DNA of 64,000 nt from the NCBI GenBank assembly GCA_965218785.1, contig OZ244650.1, positions 1,344,001 through 1,408,000 of the forward strand, given 5' to 3'. Shown piece by piece: positions 21,649-30,336 of this stretch. The notes under the pieces are model-generated. The model ran no database searches. It was not told where the DNA came from and saw only the letters and a list, made by a program, of their open reading frames with translations. The DNA is from Nitrosopumilus sp. GTDB lineage: Archaea; Thermoproteota; Nitrososphaeria; Nitrososphaerales; Nitrosopumilaceae. Numbering within the stretch: the first letter of the stretch is position 1; each line of letters begins with the position of its first letter. A program made the position numbers and the translations under genes.

Positions 21649-22838
21649 TGAACAAGATGGTCCAAGACAAGGATCTGTCCAATTCCAGATTACCGATATA
21701 CCTTGATCACAACGCAACCACACCACTTGATTCCAATGTGCTAGCTGAGATGATGCCGTACTTTACAGAAAAATTTGGAAATGCATCAAGTACGGACCAC
21801 AGACACGGACATGATGCTTCTGAGGCAGTTGAATCTGCAAGAGAGGATATAGCAAATACAATAAACGCAAAGCCCGGAGAGATAGTATTTACTGCGGGTG
21901 CCACAGAGTCTGACAATATGGCACTTGTCGGCGTCATGAACAGGTATGCAGACAAGGGAGATCATCTGATTACCTGTGTTACAGAACACAAGGCGGTACT
22001 AGATGTCGCAAGATATCTTGAGAGTGTGGGGAAAAAAGTCACGTATCTTCCAGTAGATGAGCTTGGACACGTCAATCTAGATGAGCTTCATGATGCAGTT
22101 ACAGACAAGACCGTAATGATATCAATCATGACTGCAAACAATGAGATTGGAACCATTGCAGACGTTGAATCCATTGGAAAGATAGCACATGAAAACGACA
22201 TATTGTTTCACACCGATGCGGCGCAGGCAGTAGGGCATATTCCAATGGATGTACAAAAGATGAATATTGATCTGATGTCGTTTTCAGCACACAAGATGTA
22301 CGGTCCCAAAGGAATCGGTGCGTTGTATGTAAGTGGGATAAAGCCGCGGGTACAGCTGGATCCGATCGTAAGAGGGGGTGGACAGGAGCACAATATGCGC
22401 TCTGGGACACTCAACGTTCCCGGAATAGTGGGATTTGGAAAGGCAGCCTCCATTGCAGCGACTATGATGTATCAAAATAATCAAGATCAAAAACAATTGG
22501 CAGTAACCATGCTTAAATTACTAGAAGAGAACGGCTGGCTACTCAATGGAGACCGGAACAACAGACTTTCAGGAAACCTCAATGTATGCCATCCTGGAAT
22601 AGATGGCAAGGCCATAATTAATTCAGTCTCAAAACAGATTGCAATATCTGCAGGATCTGCTTGTACGACCCAGAATGTGGAGCCATCCCACGTGATAACT
22701 GCCCTTGGATACGGTGAGGAGAGAGCATATTCCTCAATCAGGATAGGGATAGGCAGGTACAACGTAAATGATGAGACAGAATTTGCTGCAGGGGGGATAA
22801 TTGAGGCAGTCAGGACTATTAAGAGATTCAATGGGTGA
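21645..22838 (+). CDS. dndA: Cysteine desulfurase (DndA/IscS)
   Basis: YLDHNATTP, GATES, HTDAAQ, SAHKMYGPKG (PLP Lys), SAGSACT catalytic Cys; coupled to dndE. Confidence 0.93.
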   Translation: MMNKMVQDKDLSNSRLPIYLDHNATTPLDSNVLAEMMPYFTEKFGNASSTDHRHGHDASEAVESAREDIANTINAKPGEIVFTAGATESDNMALVGVMNRYADKGDHLITCVTEHKAVLDVARYLESVGKKVTYLPVDELGHVNLDELHDAVTDKTVMISIMTANNEIGTIADVESIGKIAHENDILFHTDAAQAVGHIPMDVQKMNIDLMSFSAHKMYGPKGIGALYVSGIKPRVQLDPIVRGGGQEHNMRSGTLNVPGIVGFGKAASIAATMMYQNNQDQKQLAVTMLKLLEENGWLLNGDRNNRLSGNLNVCHPGIDGKAIINSVSKQIAISAGSACTTQNVEPSHVITALGYGEERAYSSIRIGIGRYNVNDETEFAAGGIIEAVRTIKRFNG

Positions 22839-22963
22839 CGGATATGACAAATGACTATGTTCAAACTCAAGGTTGGGTAGAAATAATGCTGATGAAGTTG
22901 TCTTTCTTGTAAATACTCTAAAATCCCGAATCAAGATGATTTCAGGCATAGACGTAACGTAGA

Positions 22964-22974
22964 ACTTTTAAAGG
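22964..22974 (+). promoter_or_regulatory. Putative TATA box of the ParB operon
   Basis: ttttaaagg ~25 nt upstream of ATG 22995, typical spacing for a leaderless archaeal transcript. Confidence 0.45.
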
Positions 22975-22994
22975 TATTAACACCAATTGTAAAC

Positions 22995-23813
22995 ATGTCT
23001 AAAATTCAAGACAGCATAAATATTCCATTAGAACAGATAACTCTTAGCAAAAATCAAGCTAGACAGAGGGATACAAAAGTAGATGAAGACGATGATCTGG
23101 TTCATAGTATTAGAAAAAACGGATTACTTTACCCTATCCTTGTTAAGAAAATATCTGACAATGAATATGAGGTTATAAGCGGACAGAGGCGATTTCGAGC
23201 ACATGAAATCCTGAAGAAACCCACGATTAAAGCATCTATCCATGCAGATGAACTTGACGATTTTGAATCAAAAAAACTCTCCCTAGCCGAAAATATTGCA
23301 CGTAAAGATATGAAACATGCAGATTATGTAGATGTCATAACAGTTTTTCTGAATAGATATGGCAAGACTAAAATCGTTGCAGAAGAGCTTGGATTGTCTG
23401 TTTCAACGGTGAGAAAATATCTGAATATATCTAGATTACCAGAAAAAATTCAAGAAGCAGTAAATAAAAAAGAAATCGGACTTAATAATGCAATGAAAGC
23501 ACTAGATATATTGGGAGGTGACGAAACAACTGTGGATGAAAACAAGCTTTATGATGTAGCTGTAGCAATGAAAGGATTGACTCCACCTGTAAAAAATAAA
23601 CTTAAAGGAATTATAGAGAATGAGCCAGATACCACACCAAAAGATGCTGTAGAAAAAGCTAAAAAACGAGTTACAAAAAATCTCATTGAAACAGAAGTAA
23701 CAGATGATATGATAACCCGAATAGACAAATTCAAAGATATTGAAGGCATAGAAAAAACTGATGATGCAGCTGCAGAACTAATAGATTTGGGACTTATATC
23801 TAAAGATCTATAA
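22995..23813 (+). CDS. ParB/Spo0J-family protein (orphan, no parA)
   Basis: QARQ, SIRKNGLLYPILV, ISGQRRFRA (GxRR), ENIAR, HTH VAEELGLSVSTVRKYL. Confidence 0.9.
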   Translation: MSKIQDSINIPLEQITLSKNQARQRDTKVDEDDDLVHSIRKNGLLYPILVKKISDNEYEVISGQRRFRAHEILKKPTIKASIHADELDDFESKKLSLAENIARKDMKHADYVDVITVFLNRYGKTKIVAEELGLSVSTVRKYLNISRLPEKIQEAVNKKEIGLNNAMKALDILGGDETTVDENKLYDVAVAMKGLTPPVKNKLKGIIENEPDTTPKDAVEKAKKRVTKNLIETEVTDDMITRIDKFKDIEGIEKTDDAAAELIDLGLISKDL

Positions 23814-24550
23814 TGCAATTACTTGACGATCCGTATAGATTGGCCAAACTGCTTGCTAGTATTAATGTGCCTGGAGCTGACCGACCTCTCAGTCCCTTAG
23901 AAGTTTCAAATGAAATTTACACACTACGTTCTGAGTTAGATGATGATGCAGAGCTTGTAAAAAGATTACCGATATCCAGGGACATAATACAGCAGTTTTT
24001 GGCTCTGCAAAACTTGCCTGAAGAGATACAAGACATCATAGTCTGGGGAGAGTCAAAAAACGATACGGGATCCATTGGTTTTAGCGTAGCTAGCCGGCTT
24101 GCACAATTTGAGAACAAAGAAGACATTAACAAATTAGCCAGTGCGATTATTGATATTCCAAGACCCGTTATAAAGGAAGAAATCAAGGCAATACTGAGCC
24201 TAAAAAAACAGAACAAAAACAAACCCATCGAAGAATGCATCTCTGAAGTTCTCAAAGTTATGCGTCCTTTGATAATACGACATTTCTTGTTCATAAGTGG
24301 GTTGCAATCAGGCATAATAAACAAGTTAAAATTATCTGTAAAATCAAATCAAAATATACATGGACTTGCAATAGAAATATTACAAACGGTGTTCCCAACA
24401 GACTCTGTAAAAAGTGCAAAAGTTTTTGATGATTGTATCAGATTATCTATTAGTAAAAATGGAAGAGATTTCATTGATAAATACTCCGAATCTCACAACT
24501 TGTTAAGAAAAGATATAATAAATCATATGTTTGAATCAAAAGGATTCTAA
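23813..24550 (+). CDS. Hypothetical protein resembling the ParB HTH/central domain without the N-terminal CTPase
   Basis: RPLSPLEVS...ELVKRLPISRDIIQQFLALQNLPEEIQDII parallels the ParB HTH region; TAATG coupling to ParB. Confidence 0.6.
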   Translation: MQLLDDPYRLAKLLASINVPGADRPLSPLEVSNEIYTLRSELDDDAELVKRLPISRDIIQQFLALQNLPEEIQDIIVWGESKNDTGSIGFSVASRLAQFENKEDINKLASAIIDIPRPVIKEEIKAILSLKKQNKNKPIEECISEVLKVMRPLIIRHFLFISGLQSGIINKLKLSVKSNQNIHGLAIEILQTVFPTDSVKSAKVFDDCIRLSISKNGRDFIDKYSESHNLLRKDIINHMFESKGF

Positions 24551-24552
24551 AA

Positions 24553-25593
24553 TTGAACACAGTGGATCTTTTTTCAGAAGTAGATATTACAACGAAAGGT
24601 GCTATCTGTTTGGGAAATTCACTTGTATGTGATGGATTTGCGTCTGGATATAAGGCAGCCGCATTTACACACATACACCATGATCACATAGCAAACAGTT
24701 TTGAAACATGCATGCATAATTATCCCACATATACATCAAAGATTACGCGTGAACTGTTAGAAAAAGTGACAGACGACATATACGACAAAAAAACTCAATT
24801 TCATACTTTGGATTATGGTGTCAGAACACTCATCCCAGATACGAGTGACTATCTTCAATTACTGGAATCAAGTCACATGCTTGGGTCTAGTCAAATTCTT
24901 CTTCATACACATAACAAATTAAAAATTCTGTATTCTGGTGACATATCCCCCACAGATACAGCACCAGAATGTGACATTCTTGTGGTCGATTCCACGCATG
25001 GCGTACCGCAATTGGACAAGAAGATAGACAGTGCTAGCCTTAATCGCCGACTGATAGACAAGGTGGTGGAAAGTATTTCTGAACAAAAGCCAGTCTGCAT
25101 CCATGCCCACAGGGGAAAGCTTCAGTCTCTCATGCACCTTCTATCGGAGTGTTCTGACATTCCAGATGACGTGAAATTTCTCTCCCAACTCATCGACAAG
25201 CGTGTGTCTGAGACATACAACAGGCATGGTTACACGACAAAGGAAATAATCGACATCGATACATACGAAGGGGAGGAAATAACAGACAATGGCTACCCCT
25301 GGATAGAATTTCGGACATCACTTGTACCAACTAAAAATGAAAAAGAACACAAACTCTCAAGCATATATGTAGTAGGTAATTTTGGCAAAACCACGATAAG
25401 ACATGACAAAAACGATGGAGGGTTTCATATGGCATCCGACGAGCATGCCGAATTTACCGATTTGTTAAAATATGTAAAGAATGCTAAACCAAAGGTAGTG
25501 GTGACTGATAATTATCGTTCTAGTTTTGGAAAACAACTTGCCAATGAAATTCAATCCAAATTGGGCATTCCTGCAAAATCTTTACCTGAATAG
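24553..25593 (+). CDS. Metallo-beta-lactamase/beta-CASP nuclease
   Basis: THIHHDH, SSHMLGS, YSGD, VVDSTHG, DEHAEF. Confidence 0.85.
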   Translation: MNTVDLFSEVDITTKGAICLGNSLVCDGFASGYKAAAFTHIHHDHIANSFETCMHNYPTYTSKITRELLEKVTDDIYDKKTQFHTLDYGVRTLIPDTSDYLQLLESSHMLGSSQILLHTHNKLKILYSGDISPTDTAPECDILVVDSTHGVPQLDKKIDSASLNRRLIDKVVESISEQKPVCIHAHRGKLQSLMHLLSECSDIPDDVKFLSQLIDKRVSETYNRHGYTTKEIIDIDTYEGEEITDNGYPWIEFRTSLVPTKNEKEHKLSSIYVVGNFGKTTIRHDKNDGGFHMASDEHAEFTDLLKYVKNAKPKVVVTDNYRSSFGKQLANEIQSKLGIPAKSLPE

Positions 25594-25595
25594 AC

Positions 25596-26945
25596 ATGTT
25601 TCATAAATCTAATGTTTTTGAGAAGATATTGGAAAAATTAGCAGGTATTTCCATAGTAATAAACAATGATCTATTGGAAAATAAGAACGGGAAATATGTG
25701 AAAACCGTCCGCACTCCTATTTTCAGGAGAGGTAATCTTGCACAAATTGGGAAAGAAGATCGTATCGACCATATGAGGTTGCAATACGATATGAAAGAAA
25801 TACTTCAAAAACATGCAAGTGGAAAGCCACAACTAAAAGCCGCCAAATCTCTCTTCATCCACACGCTAGAGAAGGAAATGAAATCATTCAATTTACAACG
25901 TCAAGATGAATTAGATGAATTGGCAACCAATCATTTGTTGGGTTTTATTATGCATGTTTTTAAAAAATATAATAACAAACCGGTATTGAATTTTAAAAAA
26001 CTATTGCGTGATTTTGAAGATCATGCTCATGACAAGATATTTCCATATTTTCACGTTACTCCAGTGTTCAACGTAAAGGGTGATTTTAAGACAACTTTTA
26101 TTTCAGACGAGATGCACATTAGAAAAATAACAAATGATGAATATTCAAAAATAGTTAATCTTCAAAACATTCCGATCAAAGATATTCCATACCATCACAA
26201 ACGCCTGGAATACGTACTAGTGCATAAAGTCATTCCAAAAAAACCACGAAGTGTTCTGCCTGATGTGATAAAAGACTATGAGAGTGTTCTGAATCAATTG
26301 AAATTATTCACAGAAGGCAATCCCCAGTTTGGCAACATCTACAAGCTAGAGTTTGACAAGCAATATACCGGCAAATTGAATTTTTTTGAATCCGGCTATG
26401 AAAAACCATCATCTCCAAAAACCATTATGTTAACTCCTAGGAAAATCAAAGATTTTGTAAAGTTTTATGCCGATTTGTCTGAAAAATGCAATGAAATGAC
26501 ATTTTTGTACACATCCATAAAGCGTTTTGGAATGGCATATCACCATCGGAGTGAGTCTGATAAAATTGTGGATTATGTGATTTCTTTGGAGGCACTGTTG
26601 GTTTTAGGACCTGGGGAATCCACACAAAAACTGTCTCATAGAGTGTCTGCGTTATATGGAAAGACTGATCATGAAAAATTATGGATCTGGGAGTTTATGA
26701 AAGAAGCATACAAATTCCGAAGTGGTATTTTACATGTTGGGCAGGAACGATCCTTCAAAGTGGATTCACAAAAAATAGAACTGGAGGCAGTCTCAGAAAA
26801 ACTTCATACCATAACTAAAACGTCAATTCATCGGTTTAGCAAACTTCTCGATGTGTATAAAAAACAAGACAGAATTATCAATGAATTGGACAAATCTATG
26901 TATGATCGTGGAATCTTGTCACACATGAAAAAATTATGGAATTGA
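25596..26945 (+). CDS. HEPN-domain protein (ApeA/Apea-HEPN-like)
   Basis: C-terminal DYVISLEALL ... AYKFRSGILHVG (Rx4H). Confidence 0.8.
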   Translation: MFHKSNVFEKILEKLAGISIVINNDLLENKNGKYVKTVRTPIFRRGNLAQIGKEDRIDHMRLQYDMKEILQKHASGKPQLKAAKSLFIHTLEKEMKSFNLQRQDELDELATNHLLGFIMHVFKKYNNKPVLNFKKLLRDFEDHAHDKIFPYFHVTPVFNVKGDFKTTFISDEMHIRKITNDEYSKIVNLQNIPIKDIPYHHKRLEYVLVHKVIPKKPRSVLPDVIKDYESVLNQLKLFTEGNPQFGNIYKLEFDKQYTGKLNFFESGYEKPSSPKTIMLTPRKIKDFVKFYADLSEKCNEMTFLYTSIKRFGMAYHHRSESDKIVDYVISLEALLVLGPGESTQKLSHRVSALYGKTDHEKLWIWEFMKEAYKFRSGILHVGQERSFKVDSQKIELEAVSEKLHTITKTSIHRFSKLLDVYKKQDRIINELDKSMYDRGILSHMKKLWN

Positions 26946-27164
26946 CTATATGTTCAATTTATTGTGAACAGTATTGCCAAGATGGATTAAAATCCCATGT
27001 TTTGTGGCCATTCTGCTGTACAAAAAATAGGTCGTACTAATTTCAGGCATACTACAAAGGAATACTGTCTGAATCGATCAAGAAAACGAATGATAAAAAG
27101 ATTCTAGACATCACAGATATAGCGACGATCAAAAGTTTCTGAACATTTTTGCAGGGTTTCTAAA

Positions 27165-27445
27165 AATATAATTGGCAATATCAAGCTTGAACCTTGTTAT
27201 CCTAGAGTATTGAGATATGGTCTTGTTCATTATTGTAAACATTGTATAATATTCCAAGACCAACAATGAATGTTACTTATTTTCCAGTATTGTTCCATCA
27301 TGTTAAGCCACGGAGATCCTTTTGGCAGCTGGATCAACCAGACATTGTGATTTTCCAGTAAATTCCTTGACTTTTTTTTTGATTTGTGGACTGATACCCT
27401 GTCAAGAATTAATCTAATCTTACCATCCAGCATAGTCCAGAATCC
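27165..27445 (-). mobile_element. IS630-family transposase remnant
   Basis: LILDRVSVHKSK...LPKGSPWLNMMEQYWK (DDE_3 C-terminal motif), then frameshifted ...RITRFKLDIANY. Confidence 0.75.
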
Positions 27446-27466
27446 AAAATCATGAGATGGATATTT

Positions 27467-27898
27467 TTACTTTTTCAAATATTTCCGAAATTCATTTTCC
27501 AATGATTCTAACGGTTCATCACTTTCATCATATAACATTTGGAGATATTTGATTCCACCATTTGAATATTCTTCAGCGTTTGTGAGAATCTGATCAGGTT
27601 CCCATAATATAGATACGCCTGCATCGGGATGTGTTTTAAAATAAAGTGAAATCATTAACCATCTTTCTTCTTTTGTAAATACTGCTGTAGGAATTGTATT
27701 ACTTGGTTTTGTAATTTTAGTGGGAGGAATATCCTTCTTATATCCCAGAGCCATTGCAGTTATGAATATATTTGTCATGTTTTTGTTATAAAAAAACGAT
27801 TTTGTTACTTTGATCATCTTTTTATAAAAATCAGAATATTCCTCATCATAACTAGTGTATTTTTTGAATTTAAATTCATACCGTTCATCTTGTTCCAT
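27467..27898 (-). CDS. pbeD: PbeD-like / Dnd-associated small protein
   Basis: IFITAMALGY, AEEYSNGGIKYL pattern; last gene of the helicase-ATPase module. Confidence 0.65.
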   Translation of the reverse strand: MEQDERYEFKFKKYTSYDEEYSDFYKKMIKVTKSFFYNKNMTNIFITAMALGYKKDIPPTKITKPSNTIPTAVFTKEERWLMISLYFKTHPDAGVSILWEPDQILTNAEEYSNGGIKYLQMLYDESDEPLESLENEFRKYLKK

Positions 27899-27902
27899 TC
27901 TA

Positions 27903-29990
27903 TTATGCCTCCTTTACTATTGTTCTTGATGATGTATCAGAAATTTTTTCCATTTCCAATCTCATGGCTTTTCCTATTCTTCCATTCTTCTGTAATATTT
28001 TTTGAATTGACTCTATAGGTTTACCTGTTTTGGTATCTTTTATTATTTCGGCATTGTACTCGGTGTTTGTTACAAGTAATGTGATCTGCGTGTCTGGAAG
28101 ATATATGGGGAGATCCTTTGCAGCAGATACTCTTTCTTGTCCAGATACTTTGCCAAATGGAGAATCAATTATCATTGGATAATTCGTATCAGTTACTTCT
28201 CTTACGGCTGCAATATAGCTTAAAGCAAGATATAGAGTCTGACCTGCTGATAATGTCTTTAAATTATTAACCTGTTCGGTATCAATAACTCTAATTTTAT
28301 AATTCTCATCAATTTCAATTCTGTCAATTTGCCAGTTTCTTGTAATTAGTTTTTTAAATATCTCTTCTGTTCTGTTTTGAACTTTTTCTCGAATATCTGT
28401 TAGTAATTCTTCTCTAATCTGATTCAAAATACAATGTGCTTTATCCGCCAAGTCCTTTTTTTGAATCCATTTTTTTGCAGCATCAGTTGTACCAGTGACA
28501 CGGGATATCTTTGCATCCAAATCTTGTATTTCTGATTGTAATGCTTGTTTTTGAGCTTCTTTTAGAGTCAATTCTTGATTAAGTGTTTCTTTTGCATGTC
28601 TCATACTGTCTAGATTAGTTGCAGTTTTTCTAATATCTTTCTCATCATATTCTTTTAGTTTTTCAATTGTGCCATTAACTTTTTCTTTAGCCTCTCGGTA
28701 CGCCAGCCCATATTCTTCCTCTTTTTGACGTAATTCATCTAATTTTTCAAGTATCTCTTTTGAATTCATCGTTTCGATCATGTTGGTTAAGGTCTCTTTT
28801 CCTTCATAGGAGATATTTATCAATGGTGAATTCTTTACTTTATCTCTTAATTCTTCTAAATAATTCATTTCATTACTGGTTTCATTGAATTTTGTTCCAC
28901 AGATACATTCTTTGTGTTTTATCAATTCATCTACAAAGAATTTTTTAATTGGGGGTGGAGTTTCTCCCTTAATCTCTGATTCTTTTAATAGGTTGAATGT
29001 ATGTTCTGTCGCATCCTTCAAGAGTGTTTGTGCAAAATTATCTGTAATGTATGTCATTCGATGATCTTTTTGTCCTACTACGAACTTGTCAAATTGTTCA
29101 CGATTAATTTTTTCAGAATGTAGCTGTCCTTGTAAAATTTCATATGCTTTCAATGGATGTGCTGCCATGGTCATTTCAAGCTGTTTTATATTCTGTTCAT
29201 ATTCTGTCATATTACTATGTCCTATACCTAGACCTTTCTCAATTTTTTCCAGTGTGGTTGTTTTTGATTCTAATTTATCTTGATCAATTCTAGTAGTTGT
29301 ACCAGATGATTTTGCAGCTCTGCTAGAATATAGTTTCAATATTGTTTTCCAGTGATCAATTGATCTTTCTGTAACTGGCAATCCAGAAACTTTTTCAATC
29401 CCATCCTTGATTTTTCCTGAATTTTCATCTTTAAAGAATGAATCTAACATTTCTCCATTAAAAATTACAAAACTCGCTAATTTTTCTGGTAAAAATGTAG
29501 TGACTTTGTCTAGAAATCTAGATGAATCATCTGTAGAATCCCAACTTCCATCACTACTTCTTTGTTTAAACGACTGTGTGATGAATGTGGAAAAACCTGA
29601 ATCGATTTGTCCGGCGGCATCTGAATCAAAGTCTTTCTCTCGTTCATCAGTTGTTCTCTTACAATCCAAATTTCTTGTTATTTGATATTTTGGTCCTTGA
29701 TCATCGTTAATTGTTATTGTAACTGAGCTCTCACAAGCATCACCTACCTTAGTAGCATTTAGAATATTCTGGTTTGGAATGGGTTTACCTTCTCCTTCAT
29801 TTAGAAATTCTTCTTTCTCATAAAGACACCAATACATGGCGTTAATCAAGGATGTCTTTCCTGTGGAATTATTTCCTTCAATAATCGTAAACGATTTTTT
29901 TTGATCCTGGGAAAAATCTATTAAAACATCTTCATATTGTCTAAAGTTTTTTAATTCAACATTCTTTATTGTTAGATTTTTTCCAGCCAT
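27903..29990 (-). CDS. pbeC: PbeC-like Rad50/SMC-type ATPase with zinc hook
   Basis: LKNFRQY, Walker A GNNSTGKT, FNGEML, central CICG hook, LSAGQ, IIDSPFG. Confidence 0.75.
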   Translation of the reverse strand: MAGKNLTIKNVELKNFRQYEDVLIDFSQDQKKSFTIIEGNNSTGKTSLINAMYWCLYEKEEFLNEGEGKPIPNQNILNATKVGDACESSVTITINDDQGPKYQITRNLDCKRTTDEREKDFDSDAAGQIDSGFSTFITQSFKQRSSDGSWDSTDDSSRFLDKVTTFLPEKLASFVIFNGEMLDSFFKDENSGKIKDGIEKVSGLPVTERSIDHWKTILKLYSSRAAKSSGTTTRIDQDKLESKTTTLEKIEKGLGIGHSNMTEYEQNIKQLEMTMAAHPLKAYEILQGQLHSEKINREQFDKFVVGQKDHRMTYITDNFAQTLLKDATEHTFNLLKESEIKGETPPPIKKFFVDELIKHKECICGTKFNETSNEMNYLEELRDKVKNSPLINISYEGKETLTNMIETMNSKEILEKLDELRQKEEEYGLAYREAKEKVNGTIEKLKEYDEKDIRKTATNLDSMRHAKETLNQELTLKEAQKQALQSEIQDLDAKISRVTGTTDAAKKWIQKKDLADKAHCILNQIREELLTDIREKVQNRTEEIFKKLITRNWQIDRIEIDENYKIRVIDTEQVNNLKTLSAGQTLYLALSYIAAVREVTDTNYPMIIDSPFGKVSGQERVSAAKDLPIYLPDTQITLLVTNTEYNAEIIKDTKTGKPIESIQKILQKNGRIGKAMRLEMEKISDTSSRTIVKEA

Positions 29991-30179
29991 TTACTCACCG
30001 TATTTATCAACAAAATCCGAGACTCTTCGGTCATATTCTTTTGTATATTCTTTTTCACCTAAAGAACTCTGCATTTTTTCATAATCAAGTAAATTAAGTA
30101 ATAAATTCTTAAACTCTTCTGATTCATCCAATTCTTCAATTTTTGAAATAATTAATGGATTAATGGTAAAAATACCCAA
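29991..30179 (-). CDS. pbeB: PbeB-like small acidic protein
   Basis: 62 aa; stop abuts the ATPase start; position between helicase and ATPase. Confidence 0.6.
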   Translation of the reverse strand: MGIFTINPLIISKIEELDESEEFKNLLLNLLDYEKMQSSLGEKEYTKEYDRRVSDFVDKYGE

Positions 30180-30336
30180 TTTCTTTTCTTGGTTCTATCC
30201 ATATTTTAGGATTTACCAGTGACTGGCAGTAATTCCATACACGATGTGGTATGGTCTGATGATTATTTGATGGTATGATCATCAAAAATAATTATTCCTA
30301 GATGTGTTCATAAAGATTTCAAAATTCTCATTTTTA

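Noticed and set aside
22995-23813. ParB as a plasmid or chromosome partition gene of an integrated element
   Set aside because: No parA, replication gene, integrase or att repeats are visible; the gene is coupled to nuclease genes instead. Not fully excluded.
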